A stretch of 32,000 bases of DNA, taken from Halogeometricum borinquense DSM 11551 (lineage in GTDB: Archaea; Halobacteriota; Halobacteria; Halobacteriales; Haloferacaceae). Shown here in pieces: positions 16,921 through 25,552 of this stretch (positions are counted from its first letter, which is position 1; each line of letters begins with the position of its first letter). The stretch is from contig NC_014729.1 of the NCBI RefSeq assembly GCF_000172995.2, positions 810,001 to 842,000 of the forward strand, read 5' to 3'. The notes beneath the pieces are model-generated. The model made no database searches. It saw nothing but the letters and a program-made list of their open reading frames with translations, and was not told the origin of the DNA. The position numbers and the translations under genes are program-made.

Positions 16921-17907
16921 TCACTCGAACGTCGCTTCGACCGCCTCACGCGAGAGGCCGGCGGTCAGTCCGAGGACGAGTTTGACGCGCGCCTTCGCCG
17001 TCGAAAGAGTGCCCGCGTAGGCGACGCCGTGATCTCGAAGGGTGACTCCGCCACCCGCCGTGCCGTACACGGCTTCTGTCGGTCCGGCGTGACACCGCGA
17101 GGAGACGACGACCGGCACGGATTCGAGAGCGTCGGCGACAGCGTCGCCCAGCGAACCGGTAGCGTTTCCGAGGCCGGTTCCTTCCACGACGATACCGTCA
17201 GCGTCAGGGAGGAATCGTTCGAGGGAAGCCCCGTCTACACCTGTACCGGAGTGAACGGCGGGGACGACAGCGTACGCGGCAGTGTCTCTGTCGGCGTCGA
17301 GCGCCGCGGCGGGGAGCGACACATCCGACGTGGCCTGCTCGGGATCACGGTGGAGGCGCGTCGTCTCACGCGTGAACGTTGCGACCGGTCCTTTTCCGGG
17401 CGATTGGAACGTATCGAGGGCGTTCGTGTGTGTTTTCACCGCGTCGCGGGCGGCGTGGAGTTCGTCGTCGAACGCGATGTGGACGCCCGGCGCGAACTGG
17501 CCGTCAACCGCGGCCCGGACCGCTGTGAGGAGGTTCGACGGAGCGTCAGATCCCGGTTCGTCGAAGCGTCGTTGCGACCCCGTAACGATGACGGGAACGG
17601 GCACGTTGCACGCGATGTCGAGCGCGTAGGCGGTATCTGCGAGTGTGTCCGTTCCGTGCGTAACGACGACGCCGTCGGCACCGTCGGCGACGGCAGTTCG
17701 CACTTCCTCGGCGGCAGCAGCCACGACGCCGAAGTCCATGTCGAATCCGGGACGCGACCCGACGTCGGTGACGCGCAAGTCGGCGTACTCGGAGATATCA
17801 GGAACAGATCGGACCAGTTCATCGCCTGCCTTCGCCGGGGCCGCGCCGTCTTCGGCCGGTTCGCTCGCTATCGTCCCGCCGCATCCGACAACGTGTACCG
17901 TATGCAT
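16921..17907 (-). CDS. L-asparaginase family protein (type I / GatD-like asparaginase domain)
   Basis: I placed the start at the internal ATG (rc of 17905-17907), giving MHTVHVVGCGGTIAS, which has the catalytic Thr motif GGTIAS. Also present are VVTHGTDTLADTA (HGTDT motif), VIVTGSQR, and a C-terminal KARVKL. Confidence 0.8.
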   Translation of the reverse strand: MHTVHVVGCGGTIASEPAEDGAAPAKAGDELVRSVPDISEYADLRVTDVGSRPGFDMDFGVVAAAAEEVRTAVADGADGVVVTHGTDTLADTAYALDIACNVPVPVIVTGSQRRFDEPGSDAPSNLLTAVRAAVDGQFAPGVHIAFDDELHAARDAVKTHTNALDTFQSPGKGPVATFTRETTRLHRDPEQATSDVSLPAAALDADRDTAAYAVVPAVHSGTGVDGASLERFLPDADGIVVEGTGLGNATGSLGDAVADALESVPVVVSSRCHAGPTEAVYGTAGGGVTLRDHGVAYAGTLSTAKARVKLVLGLTAGLSREAVEATFE

Positions 17908-18343
17908 CGTTCGTCTCGGCCGACGGCACCACACCGATTACGTCTTTCGTCGCCGGAGGGCGTCCGACGAGAGCGGATACGGTGCGATTTATGCCCGATA
18001 TATCGGATTATGAAGACATTTTCACACCGCCTGAACGGGATATATCTCAGTATAGTGGGGTGAATCTTAGATCGGAATCAACGCGTCAGCTAGGGTATAA
18101 CGAGCGCGTTAGACAATCGTTTGGGTTCGGACAATATCGGATAAAAGAACGTCGCTGTAGAAATACTGTTTACTTGTCGGAACGACTCAGAAGACTCTAT
18201 AAACGATTTCTGGCGATCTCGATCTGTTATAAACAATCACTGTTTCATGACTTTATCGTTTAAACTATCTTAAACGAATGGCAACTCTCGGGCGGGTTAA
18301 TGTGAACGTCCACGCTTCGAACAGACGAGGTGTGCCACAGGGA

Positions 18344-18616
18344 ATGTCAAACTCATCATCATCGGTCCCCCACGAACGCTTTGCTCGTTTACGTGAACTG
18401 ATAGAATCGTCACCGAACACTGTCCGCTTCGGACTGAAACTGGTCACGTATCCGATTCGGTTTGTCGCGTTCTGGGTAGCAGTTGCTCTTCCGTTTCTCT
18501 ATCTGCCTCTCCTGTACGGCGGTCTCCAAGGTGGGCAGGCGACGGTATTTGCGTCGCTTTTGGTACTGAACGTTGGCGCACTTCTCCTCGGGCACGATCA
18601 CAGTAGAGACGACTGA
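18344..18616 (+). CDS. Small two-TM membrane protein (hypothetical)
   Basis: The ATG at 18344 gives MSNSSSSVPHERFARLRELIESSPN. Two hydrophobic helices follow (IRFVAFWVAVALPFLYLPLLY and TVFASLLVLNVGALLLG). The track start at 18278 is also possible. Confidence 0.4.
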   Translation: MSNSSSSVPHERFARLRELIESSPNTVRFGLKLVTYPIRFVAFWVAVALPFLYLPLLYGGLQGGQATVFASLLVLNVGALLLGHDHSRDD

Positions 18617-18755
18617 GCGTGACACGCGTTGATCCCTCACTCGTCATTTGTTTTCTCAGTCCCCGTATTCCGCACTCGGCTCTCATCGCCGCTTATTCCT
18701 CTCGTCGCTACGACGAATCGGGTCGTTTTATCGCCTGACCGTCCGTTATGTTGGT

Positions 18756-19730
18756 ATGGCTCTCGATACGGTCTCGCTCGGCCGAACCGGAACGAAGGTG
18801 TCCGAAATCGCGTTCGGAACGTGGCGCTTCGGCCGCGAAAACGACGAGGGTGACATAGAAGTCGGTCCCGAGCAAGCCCACCGACTGCTCGACGCGTACG
18901 CTGACGCTGGCGGGACGTTTATCGACACTGCCGATATGTACGGTGGCGGGCGCGCAGAGGAGTACATCGGCGACTGGTTGGCTGACCGCGACCGGGAGAA
19001 CTTCGTCATCGCCTCGAAGATCTACTGGCCGACCCGCGAAGACCCTAACGGCGTCGGTCTCAACCGCAAACATCTCCGCCGGAACATCGACGAGATTCTC
19101 GACCGACTCGGAACGGACTACGTGGACGTTCTCTACACTCACCGCTGGGATGACGACACGCCCGCGCGGGAGTTCATGCGGACCCTCGACGAGTTCGTGC
19201 GGGACGGGAAAGTCAACTACCTCGGCACGTCTACACTCGAACCGAACGCGTGGAAGATAGCGAAGGCGAACGAGATAGCCGACAAGCGCGGCTACGAACC
19301 GTTCACTGTGTCCCAACCGCGCTACAACGTCGTCAATCGCGAGATCGAAGGGAACTACCTCGACATGTGCGCCGATTACGACGTGGGCGTCGTCCCGTGG
19401 TCGCCGCTCGCTGGCGGGTTCCTCACGGGGAAGTACAGTCGGAACAAGGAGCCGCCCGCTGACTCGCGCGCTGCTTCGGACCAGCAGTTCGTGGACTCGT
19501 ATCTCACACCGGAGAACTTCGACGCGCTCGAAGCTGTCGAGTCCGTCGCCGCGGACGTGGGTGCGTCGCCCGGGCAAGTCGCCCTCGCGTGGCTGCTCCA
19601 CCACGACCAAGTGACTGCCCCGATTGTCGGCGCGCGGACGGTCGATCAACTGGAAGAGAACCTTGCCGCCGCTGAGGTGTCGTTGACGCCCGATCAGTTC
19701 GAGCGCCTTGCGGACGCAAAGCGCGAATAA
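18756..19730 (+). CDS. Aldo/keto reductase
   Basis: The ATG at 18756 gives MALDTVSLGRTGTKVSEIAFGTWRFG. Also present are FIDTADMYGGGRAEEYIG, NRKHLRRNIDEILDRLGTDYVDVLYTHRWD, WSPLAGGFLTGKY and IVGARTVDQLEENL. Confidence 0.9.
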   Translation: MALDTVSLGRTGTKVSEIAFGTWRFGRENDEGDIEVGPEQAHRLLDAYADAGGTFIDTADMYGGGRAEEYIGDWLADRDRENFVIASKIYWPTREDPNGVGLNRKHLRRNIDEILDRLGTDYVDVLYTHRWDDDTPAREFMRTLDEFVRDGKVNYLGTSTLEPNAWKIAKANEIADKRGYEPFTVSQPRYNVVNREIEGNYLDMCADYDVGVVPWSPLAGGFLTGKYSRNKEPPADSRAASDQQFVDSYLTPENFDALEAVESVAADVGASPGQVALAWLLHHDQVTAPIVGARTVDQLEENLAAAEVSLTPDQFERLADAKRE

Positions 19731-19770
19731 AACCGTCAGACGTACCGGGCACGGCGTCGTAGACGACGAC

Positions 19771-20355
19771 ATGACTGACTCGGACGCCGCTGCAAACGTT
19801 GATGCGGACGCCTACGCCGACGAACTGGCCCGCAAGCGCGCGGAGAAAGACGACTTCTTTGGCTCGCACCCGCAGTCACCGATTCCGCCCGAACACCGCG
19901 ACGAGTTCTCGGGACTGGACTACTTCGACCCGAACCCGGACGCACGCGTCTCGGCGACGGTGACAGTCCACGACGACCCCGAACCGGTAACGATGGAGAC
20001 GACGGCGGGCAACGAGGTGCGCTACCTCCGCCTGGTCACGTTCTCTTTCGAACTCCGCGGCGAATCGGTCGAACTGCACGGTTATCAGCAGGAACGCGAG
20101 GACGACAACGCGATTTTCGTCCCCTTTCGTGACAAGACGACGGGCCAGCAGTCGTACCGGAACGGTCGCTATCTCGAACTCCACCCTGAGGGCGAGTTAG
20201 CGGACGGCGAGTCGGTCGTCCTCGATTTTAATCTCGCGTACACGCCTTTCTGTGCCTACAGCGACACGTTCTCCTGTCCACTCCCGCCGGAGGAAAACTG
20301 GCTGGAAGTGGCTGTTGCCGCCGGTGAGCGGGATTGGACGCCTGTTAACGAATAG
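19771..20355 (+). CDS. DUF1684 domain protein
   Basis: The ATG at 19771 gives a protein with KRAEKDDFFGSHPQSPIP...FSGLDYFDPNPDARV...FVPFRDKTTGQQSYRNGRYLEL...DFNLAYTPFCAYSDTFSCPLPPEEN. This is the pattern I recall for DUF1684. Confidence 0.65.
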   Translation: MTDSDAAANVDADAYADELARKRAEKDDFFGSHPQSPIPPEHRDEFSGLDYFDPNPDARVSATVTVHDDPEPVTMETTAGNEVRYLRLVTFSFELRGESVELHGYQQEREDDNAIFVPFRDKTTGQQSYRNGRYLELHPEGELADGESVVLDFNLAYTPFCAYSDTFSCPLPPEENWLEVAVAAGERDWTPVNE

Positions 20356-20411
20356 CATAATTGGCAGACGAAAGCGGAATACACATATTCGACGCCTCCG
20401 CAAACCCAGCC

Positions 20412-20597
20412 ATGGGACTGCTCACCAGCAAGAAAGCACTCGTCGGTCTCGTCCTGATGGTCGTCGGTACGCTCGCATTTGTGCCCAGTGCCCTGGGTAC
20501 CGCAAGCGTCCCGGTGTACGCGCTCGCAGTGGCCGCGCTCGTCCTCACCGCAGGGACGTGGCTCGTCGGCACGTCCGGCGACGGTCGCCCCGTCTGA
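20412..20597 (+). CDS. Small two-TM membrane protein (hypothetical)
   Basis: The ATG at 20412 gives MGLLTSKKALVGLVLMVVGTLAFVPSALGTASVPVYALAVAALVLTAGTWLVG. The track offers a TTG start at 20361. Confidence 0.35.
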   Translation: MGLLTSKKALVGLVLMVVGTLAFVPSALGTASVPVYALAVAALVLTAGTWLVGTSGDGRPV

Positions 20598-20726
20598 GAC
20601 GCGACGCTCGGTGCTTCTTGTGTTTTGGAGTTGCAGCTTGAGCGGTTGCTGTAGGGTTTTGAGTTGGCTAGGTGTACGTCGGTAGCCGTCGCTCGGTGGC
20701 TTGCGTCGATAAAGGAAACGGCGCGG

Positions 20727-21230
20727 TTAGTTGTTCGGTGCGGTGTACTCGGAGAGCGTTGCCGAGTTTTCACCAGTCTGGGAGTTCCAGACGACGCGGA
20801 AGTCTTCACCGTTTAGATCCATACCCCCACCTGCGTAGAGGGTATCACCGGCACCGACCGTTTCACCGGATTGGAACGAACCACTGCCAGGTTCGGTAAA
20901 GGCTTCATTAGTGGTCTGATCACTGCCGGTATTGGAAACCGACGACAGTGATGTCGCAACGTCAACTGCAACACTGGATTTCAGAGCCAGTCTGTCTGTT
21001 TCAATTGTATCTCCGGTTTCGTGTGTAATAGTCACGTTATCGCCGGAGGCATCGTCGTCAAAGTCGAATCCGAATGATGCTTGTGGTGTCGTCTGTGAGA
21101 CGCTCCCCCCAAGATTGAGCACGAACGTGCCGATAACTGCGGCGAGGATGACGGTAATCGCCACCATCAGGATCACGCCGATAACGGGCGAGACCGCTGA
21201 ATCATCCGTGAAGAGCTGCTTAATCTCCAT
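20727..21230 (-). CDS. Archaeal type IV pilin (class III signal peptide, DUF1628-type N-terminus), downstream paralogue
   Basis: The sequence reads [42 protein letters not shown], then [12 protein letters not shown]...RVVWNS...[12 protein letters not shown]. Its ATG shares one base with the upstream pilin stop (TAATG at 21228-21232). Confidence 0.8.
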   Translation of the reverse strand: MEIKQLFTDDSAVSPVIGVILMVAITVILAAVIGTFVLNLGGSVSQTTPQASFGFDFDDDASGDNVTITHETGDTIETDRLALKSSVAVDVATSLSSVSNTGSDQTTNEAFTEPGSGSFQSGETVGAGDTLYAGGGMDLNGEDFRVVWNSQTGENSATLSEYTAPNN

Positions 21231-21658
21231 TATTCGGTCGGAGCAGTGCTTTCACTCAGCGTCGCGGAATTCTCGTTGTTTTCAGAGTTCCAGACAACAC
21301 GGATGGTCTCACCGCTCCAGTCAGCACCGTTTTTCAGTTCAACAGAGCTTCCAGCGGAGACGGTCCCGCCAACGTCTGACCAGTCAGGGCCACTCTCTGA
21401 ATTGAGGCCTTTCGTGTCTAATCGAGCACCCTCAATTGTATCTCCCGTTTCGTGGGTAATTGTAACGTTGTTATCTCCGCTAGTTTCGTATTCAAAACCG
21501 AAACTCGCCTGCGGCGTGGTTTGCGATACGCTTCCCCCTAGGTTGAGCACGAACGTGCCGATGACTGCGGCAAGAATCACTGTAATCGCCACCATCAAGA
21601 TGACCCCGATGACTGGCGAAACCGCAGACTCGTCCGTGAAGAGCTGTTTGAGCTTCAT
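21230..21658 (-). CDS. Archaeal type IV pilin (class III signal peptide, DUF1628-type N-terminus), upstream paralogue
   Basis: I placed the start at the internal ATG (rc of 21656-21658), giving [55 protein letters not shown]. This is nearly identical to the N-terminus of its neighbour. Confidence 0.8.
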   Translation of the reverse strand: MKLKQLFTDESAVSPVIGVILMVAITVILAAVIGTFVLNLGGSVSQTTPQASFGFEYETSGDNNVTITHETGDTIEGARLDTKGLNSESGPDWSDVGGTVSAGSSVELKNGADWSGETIRVVWNSENNENSATLSESTAPTE

Positions 21659-22430
21659 GGTTGGTTGTTCGGACGACACTCCGACGACAGAAGAGTCGGT
21701 ATTCAGTTTCCCCCGGTGGCCGCCCCGCTGGCAGACCACCGCCCATCCCCTGCCGTGGTGTGTCTACTGCCCCTGATACATTACTCCGACTTAAATCTAA
21801 AGGTGAACTTAACAGAACAGTCATATACAAGATCATCTATTAATTATCTCTTTAAGAGCTCTTTAAGATGGTCTAGTACCCCCGTTAAGCGCTGTACTGC
21901 CACTAAAACAAAAGCAATTGAACAATCTGGCAATCTTGACAATTTATCTGACAATCTAGTTGTCTTGAAGTAAACAAAAAATAGTTTGGTGTTTATTCTC
22001 TCACGTGCGCGCGAAGAAAAACTAATGGCTGCTAACACTAGCTTCCAGTGGCGGTCAGCACTAAACGCTAAGAATAGCAGACAACATCGGTGAAAACCGC
22101 GCGGACACGGAAGAGCGCGCGGTATGCGTACGGAAACCGCGGCAATGCGGTCCGCCCTACCCAAGGCGATAGTACGCACTGTGCGATTAACCGTTAGCAC
22201 ACAAAAGATTTTTGAATGATAATTCTTATTCGATGAACATCGTGGTAGTAAAACTCATGCTTGTCGTGTTGGTACAGAAAGTATTTATGTAGGACGTACA
22301 TTCAGTCTCACGTACCCCTACCCATGGTGACATCTGCGAGTAACTCCATCCAAGTCCGAGCGGTCGGGCGTTTCATGGGATTTCCAGGCTGGATGAAAGC
22401 GGGTGTTGCCGTCTGCAACAACTCCAAACT

Positions 22431-25229
22431 ATGACAAGCAACACAAAACAGTTCCGCGCAGTCTTCCTCGCGGCGCTGATGGTCATGTCGGTCTTCGCCG
22501 GCACCATCGCGTTCGCTGGAAGCGCTGCTGCTGTCACTGGTGGCTCTGCGGATAATCTCGATCCGTCCACCATTGATGAGAGCACGCAGCAACAGCATAC
22601 GTTTAACGTATCGTACGATAACTACAACAGTGATGGGAATAGTGACACCGTCAAGGTCAACCTCCCTGATGGCGTTACTCTCGACTCCCAGTCGCTGACG
22701 ATCAAGAACGCCACGTCTGGCAATGAGATCTCTGCGACTGTTAGCACGTCGAACAACGACATCAGTGCAGACTTTAGTCAGAGTGCCGGTGAGAACACCA
22801 CACTCTACGTGAACGGTACGTTCACGATCACGGCACCGTCGGTTACCTCCGACACCACTAAACAGGTTTACTTCAACCTGACTGACGCTAACGACGGGAC
22901 GCAGAATCTCTCGAAGGACCTCAAAATCGTTAACGACGCTGACTCTCCTGAGTACCTCGAAAGCGTTGTCTACGAGGAAGGCGGACAGGCGAAGCTCGAA
23001 ATCGCCTTTGACGAGGACCTCAAGGACAGCACGCTCGACTTTGAGCTCTACGAAGACGAAAAGAAGGTCGACAGCTTCAGTGGTTCTCCCGACGCTGGCA
23101 CTGGTGGCCACGTCGTCTACAACCTGAACAAGGTCTACACTGGTGACGTCACGCTCAAAGTCAGCAAGAACATTGAGGACACAAGCAGTAACAAGATCAG
23201 CAACGACGGCAACAAGACGGTTGACGTCGCGCCTGTCACGGTGAAGAAGGGCGACGACCTCAACGCCTACAAGGGCTCGAACCTTGCTGTCATCGCTGGT
23301 ACGACGAACACCGATGTCATCGTCCAGTCTGGCGAGGACGAAGACTTCGACGCCTTCCAGGACGGTAGCACTGGCACGAACAGTAAGGTCTACGTCTTCA
23401 GCACGGACTCCGATACCAACACGGGCCAGTACAACATCACCATCGGTGACAAGAACTACGCAGACGTTAACATCCGTGACCTTGGTCTCGAAGTGAACAT
23501 TGACGACCTCAACGTCACGACCGAAGACGAAATCACGGGTACGATTGAAGCTGACGCGGGCGACCGCCCGATCACGGTCGAACTCCTTGACTCCGATGGC
23601 GACACCGTTGAAGAACGTGGTGCCCGACTCTCGGGTCAGGCAAAGTACGAGTTCACCTTCAACGCATCTGAAGACAAACTCAACCTCGACGCTGGCAACT
23701 ACACGATTCTGGCGACGGACAACCAGTCCAGCGTCGATGCCGAGTCCTCTTCGGTTGTCGTTTCCAAGGCCGGTGAAGGTGAGACATCCTTCACTGGTGA
23801 GCGTCTCGTCATGGACGAGCGCGGTGACGTTGCGAACATCACGATCAACGTCGAAAACGCTGACTACGCAACTCTCTCGATCGGTAACGACGATCTCGCC
23901 TTCGAGAGCAACGTGACGATCGAAGACGTCAACGGTGACGGACAGGTCAGCCTCCTGTTCAACACCTACGCCGCGACCGATAAGTCCGGTGACCTCGGTG
24001 ACGGCGGCGCTGTCTACAGCACCCCGTCGCTCGAAGATCAGGACGACGACGAGATCACCTCTGCAACTATCGAGCAGGGTGTCAACTCGCTCCTCGAAGC
24101 GGGTCGCTACCCGCTCGAAGTCCGCGCAGGTCAGGACAAGAAGGCTGACTCTGAGGCCGCTGGCACGCTCGAACTCACTGAGCGTAACACGACCTCCATC
24201 CAGACCTGGACGGCACCGAAAGACACGACGTTCGACGACACCGCCGACCTGTACGACGCGATTGAGAGCAACAACCTCACGCAGTCCAACAAGGTCGCCT
24301 TTGGCGACTCTCAGGGCGACGTTGTTGTTCACGAGCTCAAGGCCTCCGGTCTTGAGGGCCTCCTGATGGCTCAGTCGAACGACGACGTGACTGACAAGTT
24401 CTTCGCTGAGGACGTTGACACCGGTGCGTTCGAGCTTACGCTCGAGCAGGTCAACCCCGGTGCCAACCGTGAAGCCTACACGCTCAACCTCAGCAAGACG
24501 AACGCGACGGTCTGGTCTGACTCCGACAACGACACGTACTTCATCCGGTACGACACGGACGGAGTGACGACGACCGAACCTGGTCGCTCGCTCGACTACG
24601 GTCACACCCTCGAAGCGAACTTCACGGTCTACGAGGACGAAGGTAACCTCACCGACGCAGACGACGGTGAGACGGTCACGGGCGAGTACGAACTCGTCGA
24701 GGCCGACTACACGATTGACGACCCGTACAACGTGTCGAACGCTGCTGGTCAGACGATCACGGGCGAGACGACTCTCGCTCCCGGTACGGAACTCAGTATC
24801 CGTGCCCGTTCGACCGGTGACACGCAGCCGAGCTTCCTGAAGCCCTCGACCGTCTACGTCACCGAGAACCGGACGTTCTCGGCTACGGTCGACTTCAGCG
24901 AGCAGGCAGTTGGCGATACCTACGAGATCAGTATCGATGACAGTGGTTCGGCAGGCGAGACGACGGTTGACGGAACCGTCAAGAAGGCTGTCAAGACGGA
25001 CACGCCGACGACGGACACGCCGTCCGACAACGAGACGGCTACGCCGACGACGGACACGCCGACGACGGACACGCCGTCCGACACGACGACTGAGCCGTCC
25101 GACACGACGACTGAGTCGTCCGACGACGGGACGGAGACTGGAACGGAATCCAGCACGCCCGGCTTCGGTGTTGTCGTTGCTGTCACGGCACTCCTCGCCG
25201 CGGCACTCCTCGCAGTCCGCCGCGACTAA
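22431..25229 (+). CDS. csg: S-layer-type cell-surface glycoprotein with a PGF-CTERM sorting signal
   Basis: The signal peptide MTSNTKQFRAVFLAALMVMSVFAGTIAFAGSAAA resembles the Haloferax S-layer glycoprotein leader as I recall it. The body is very acidic. I counted 24 N-x-S/T sequons by hand. A Thr/Pro/Asp-rich linker (TDTPTTDTPSDNETATPTTDTPTTDTPSDTTTEPSDTTTE) precedes STPGFGVVVAVTALLAAALLAVRRD (PGF-CTERM). Confidence 0.85.
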   Translation: MTSNTKQFRAVFLAALMVMSVFAGTIAFAGSAAAVTGGSADNLDPSTIDESTQQQHTFNVSYDNYNSDGNSDTVKVNLPDGVTLDSQSLTIKNATSGNEISATVSTSNNDISADFSQSAGENTTLYVNGTFTITAPSVTSDTTKQVYFNLTDANDGTQNLSKDLKIVNDADSPEYLESVVYEEGGQAKLEIAFDEDLKDSTLDFELYEDEKKVDSFSGSPDAGTGGHVVYNLNKVYTGDVTLKVSKNIEDTSSNKISNDGNKTVDVAPVTVKKGDDLNAYKGSNLAVIAGTTNTDVIVQSGEDEDFDAFQDGSTGTNSKVYVFSTDSDTNTGQYNITIGDKNYADVNIRDLGLEVNIDDLNVTTEDEITGTIEADAGDRPITVELLDSDGDTVEERGARLSGQAKYEFTFNASEDKLNLDAGNYTILATDNQSSVDAESSSVVVSKAGEGETSFTGERLVMDERGDVANITINVENADYATLSIGNDDLAFESNVTIEDVNGDGQVSLLFNTYAATDKSGDLGDGGAVYSTPSLEDQDDDEITSATIEQGVNSLLEAGRYPLEVRAGQDKKADSEAAGTLELTERNTTSIQTWTAPKDTTFDDTADLYDAIESNNLTQSNKVAFGDSQGDVVVHELKASGLEGLLMAQSNDDVTDKFFAEDVDTGAFELTLEQVNPGANREAYTLNLSKTNATVWSDSDNDTYFIRYDTDGVTTTEPGRSLDYGHTLEANFTVYEDEGNLTDADDGETVTGEYELVEADYTIDDPYNVSNAAGQTITGETTLAPGTELSIRARSTGDTQPSFLKPSTVYVTENRTFSATVDFSEQAVGDTYEISIDDSGSAGETTVDGTVKKAVKTDTPTTDTPSDNETATPTTDTPTTDTPSDTTTEPSDTTTESSDDGTETGTESSTPGFGVVVAVTALLAAALLAVRRD
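24996..25124 (+). repeat. In-frame tandem DNA repeats encoding the Thr-rich stalk
   Basis: The 12-mer ACGGACACGCCG (T-D-T-P) occurs at 24996, 25011, 25050 and 25065. The 21-mer CCGTCCGACACGACGACTGAG occurs twice in tandem, at 25074-25094 and 25095-25115. Confidence 0.8.
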
Positions 25230-25245
25230 CGTCGCTGACTAAATA

Positions 25246-25282
25246 ACCGGCCTCACGCCGGTCTCTTACTTTCCTTTCTTTC
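25246..25282 (+). terminator. Hairpin plus pyrimidine/T-rich tract after the glycoprotein gene
   Basis: ACCGGC (25246-25251) pairs with GCCGGT (25257-25262) around a 5-nt loop. The tract ctcttactttcctttctttc follows. Confidence 0.45.
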
Positions 25283-25552
25283 GACGCGATACCCAAGAGC
25301 GGTAGCACTATCTCTCGTTTAAGCGCGGGAAACGTTGAGAACGAGGAACCCGAGTCGATTGAACAGGAGGATATGATTCTACTCGGTGTCGCGGCGCTGC
25401 ACGTGATCTCATTACGCCGTAGAAAATAGTCACACACACTCACGCACTTAGCGCTGATTTTTCGCACTTCGTGACGTTTCGAGAATCGGTTGAGTCGTAT
25501 AGGTAGACATTTCATCGTTGGAAATGATTACTCAATGATGGATTAGACACAG

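Noticed and set aside
16672-18063. A 463-aa plus-strand ORF spanning the cmk and asparaginase loci
   Set aside because: It is Arg/Gly/Val-rich antisense read-through of two well-supported minus-strand genes. This is a typical long spurious ORF in GC-rich DNA.
21844-22200. A 118-aa minus-strand ORF and a 102-aa plus-strand ORF (21665-21973) in the AT-rich spacer
   Set aside because: Their composition is basic and Leu/Arg/Ser-rich, unlike the acidic proteome of this organism. There are no motifs, so they are more likely non-coding.
22040-22410. Possible replication-origin ORB elements: CTTCCAGTGGCGG at about 22050, and TTTCCAGGCTGGATGAAAGCGGGTG at about 22380, next to an AT-rich stretch
   Set aside because: There are only two weak partial matches to the archaeal ORB core (TCCAGTGGAAA) as I recall it. 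Both are in the same orientation rather than inverted around the AT-rich tract. No orc1/cdc6 gene is nearby. The idea is worth only a quick scan with a proper ORB matrix.
22308-24605. A 765-aa minus-strand ORF antisense to the glycoprotein gene
   Set aside because: It is rich in Val, Arg and Asp, as expected when GAC/GTC/ACG-biased acidic coding DNA is read backwards. It has no recognisable motifs and is fully overlapped by a gene with a clear signal peptide and PGF-CTERM.
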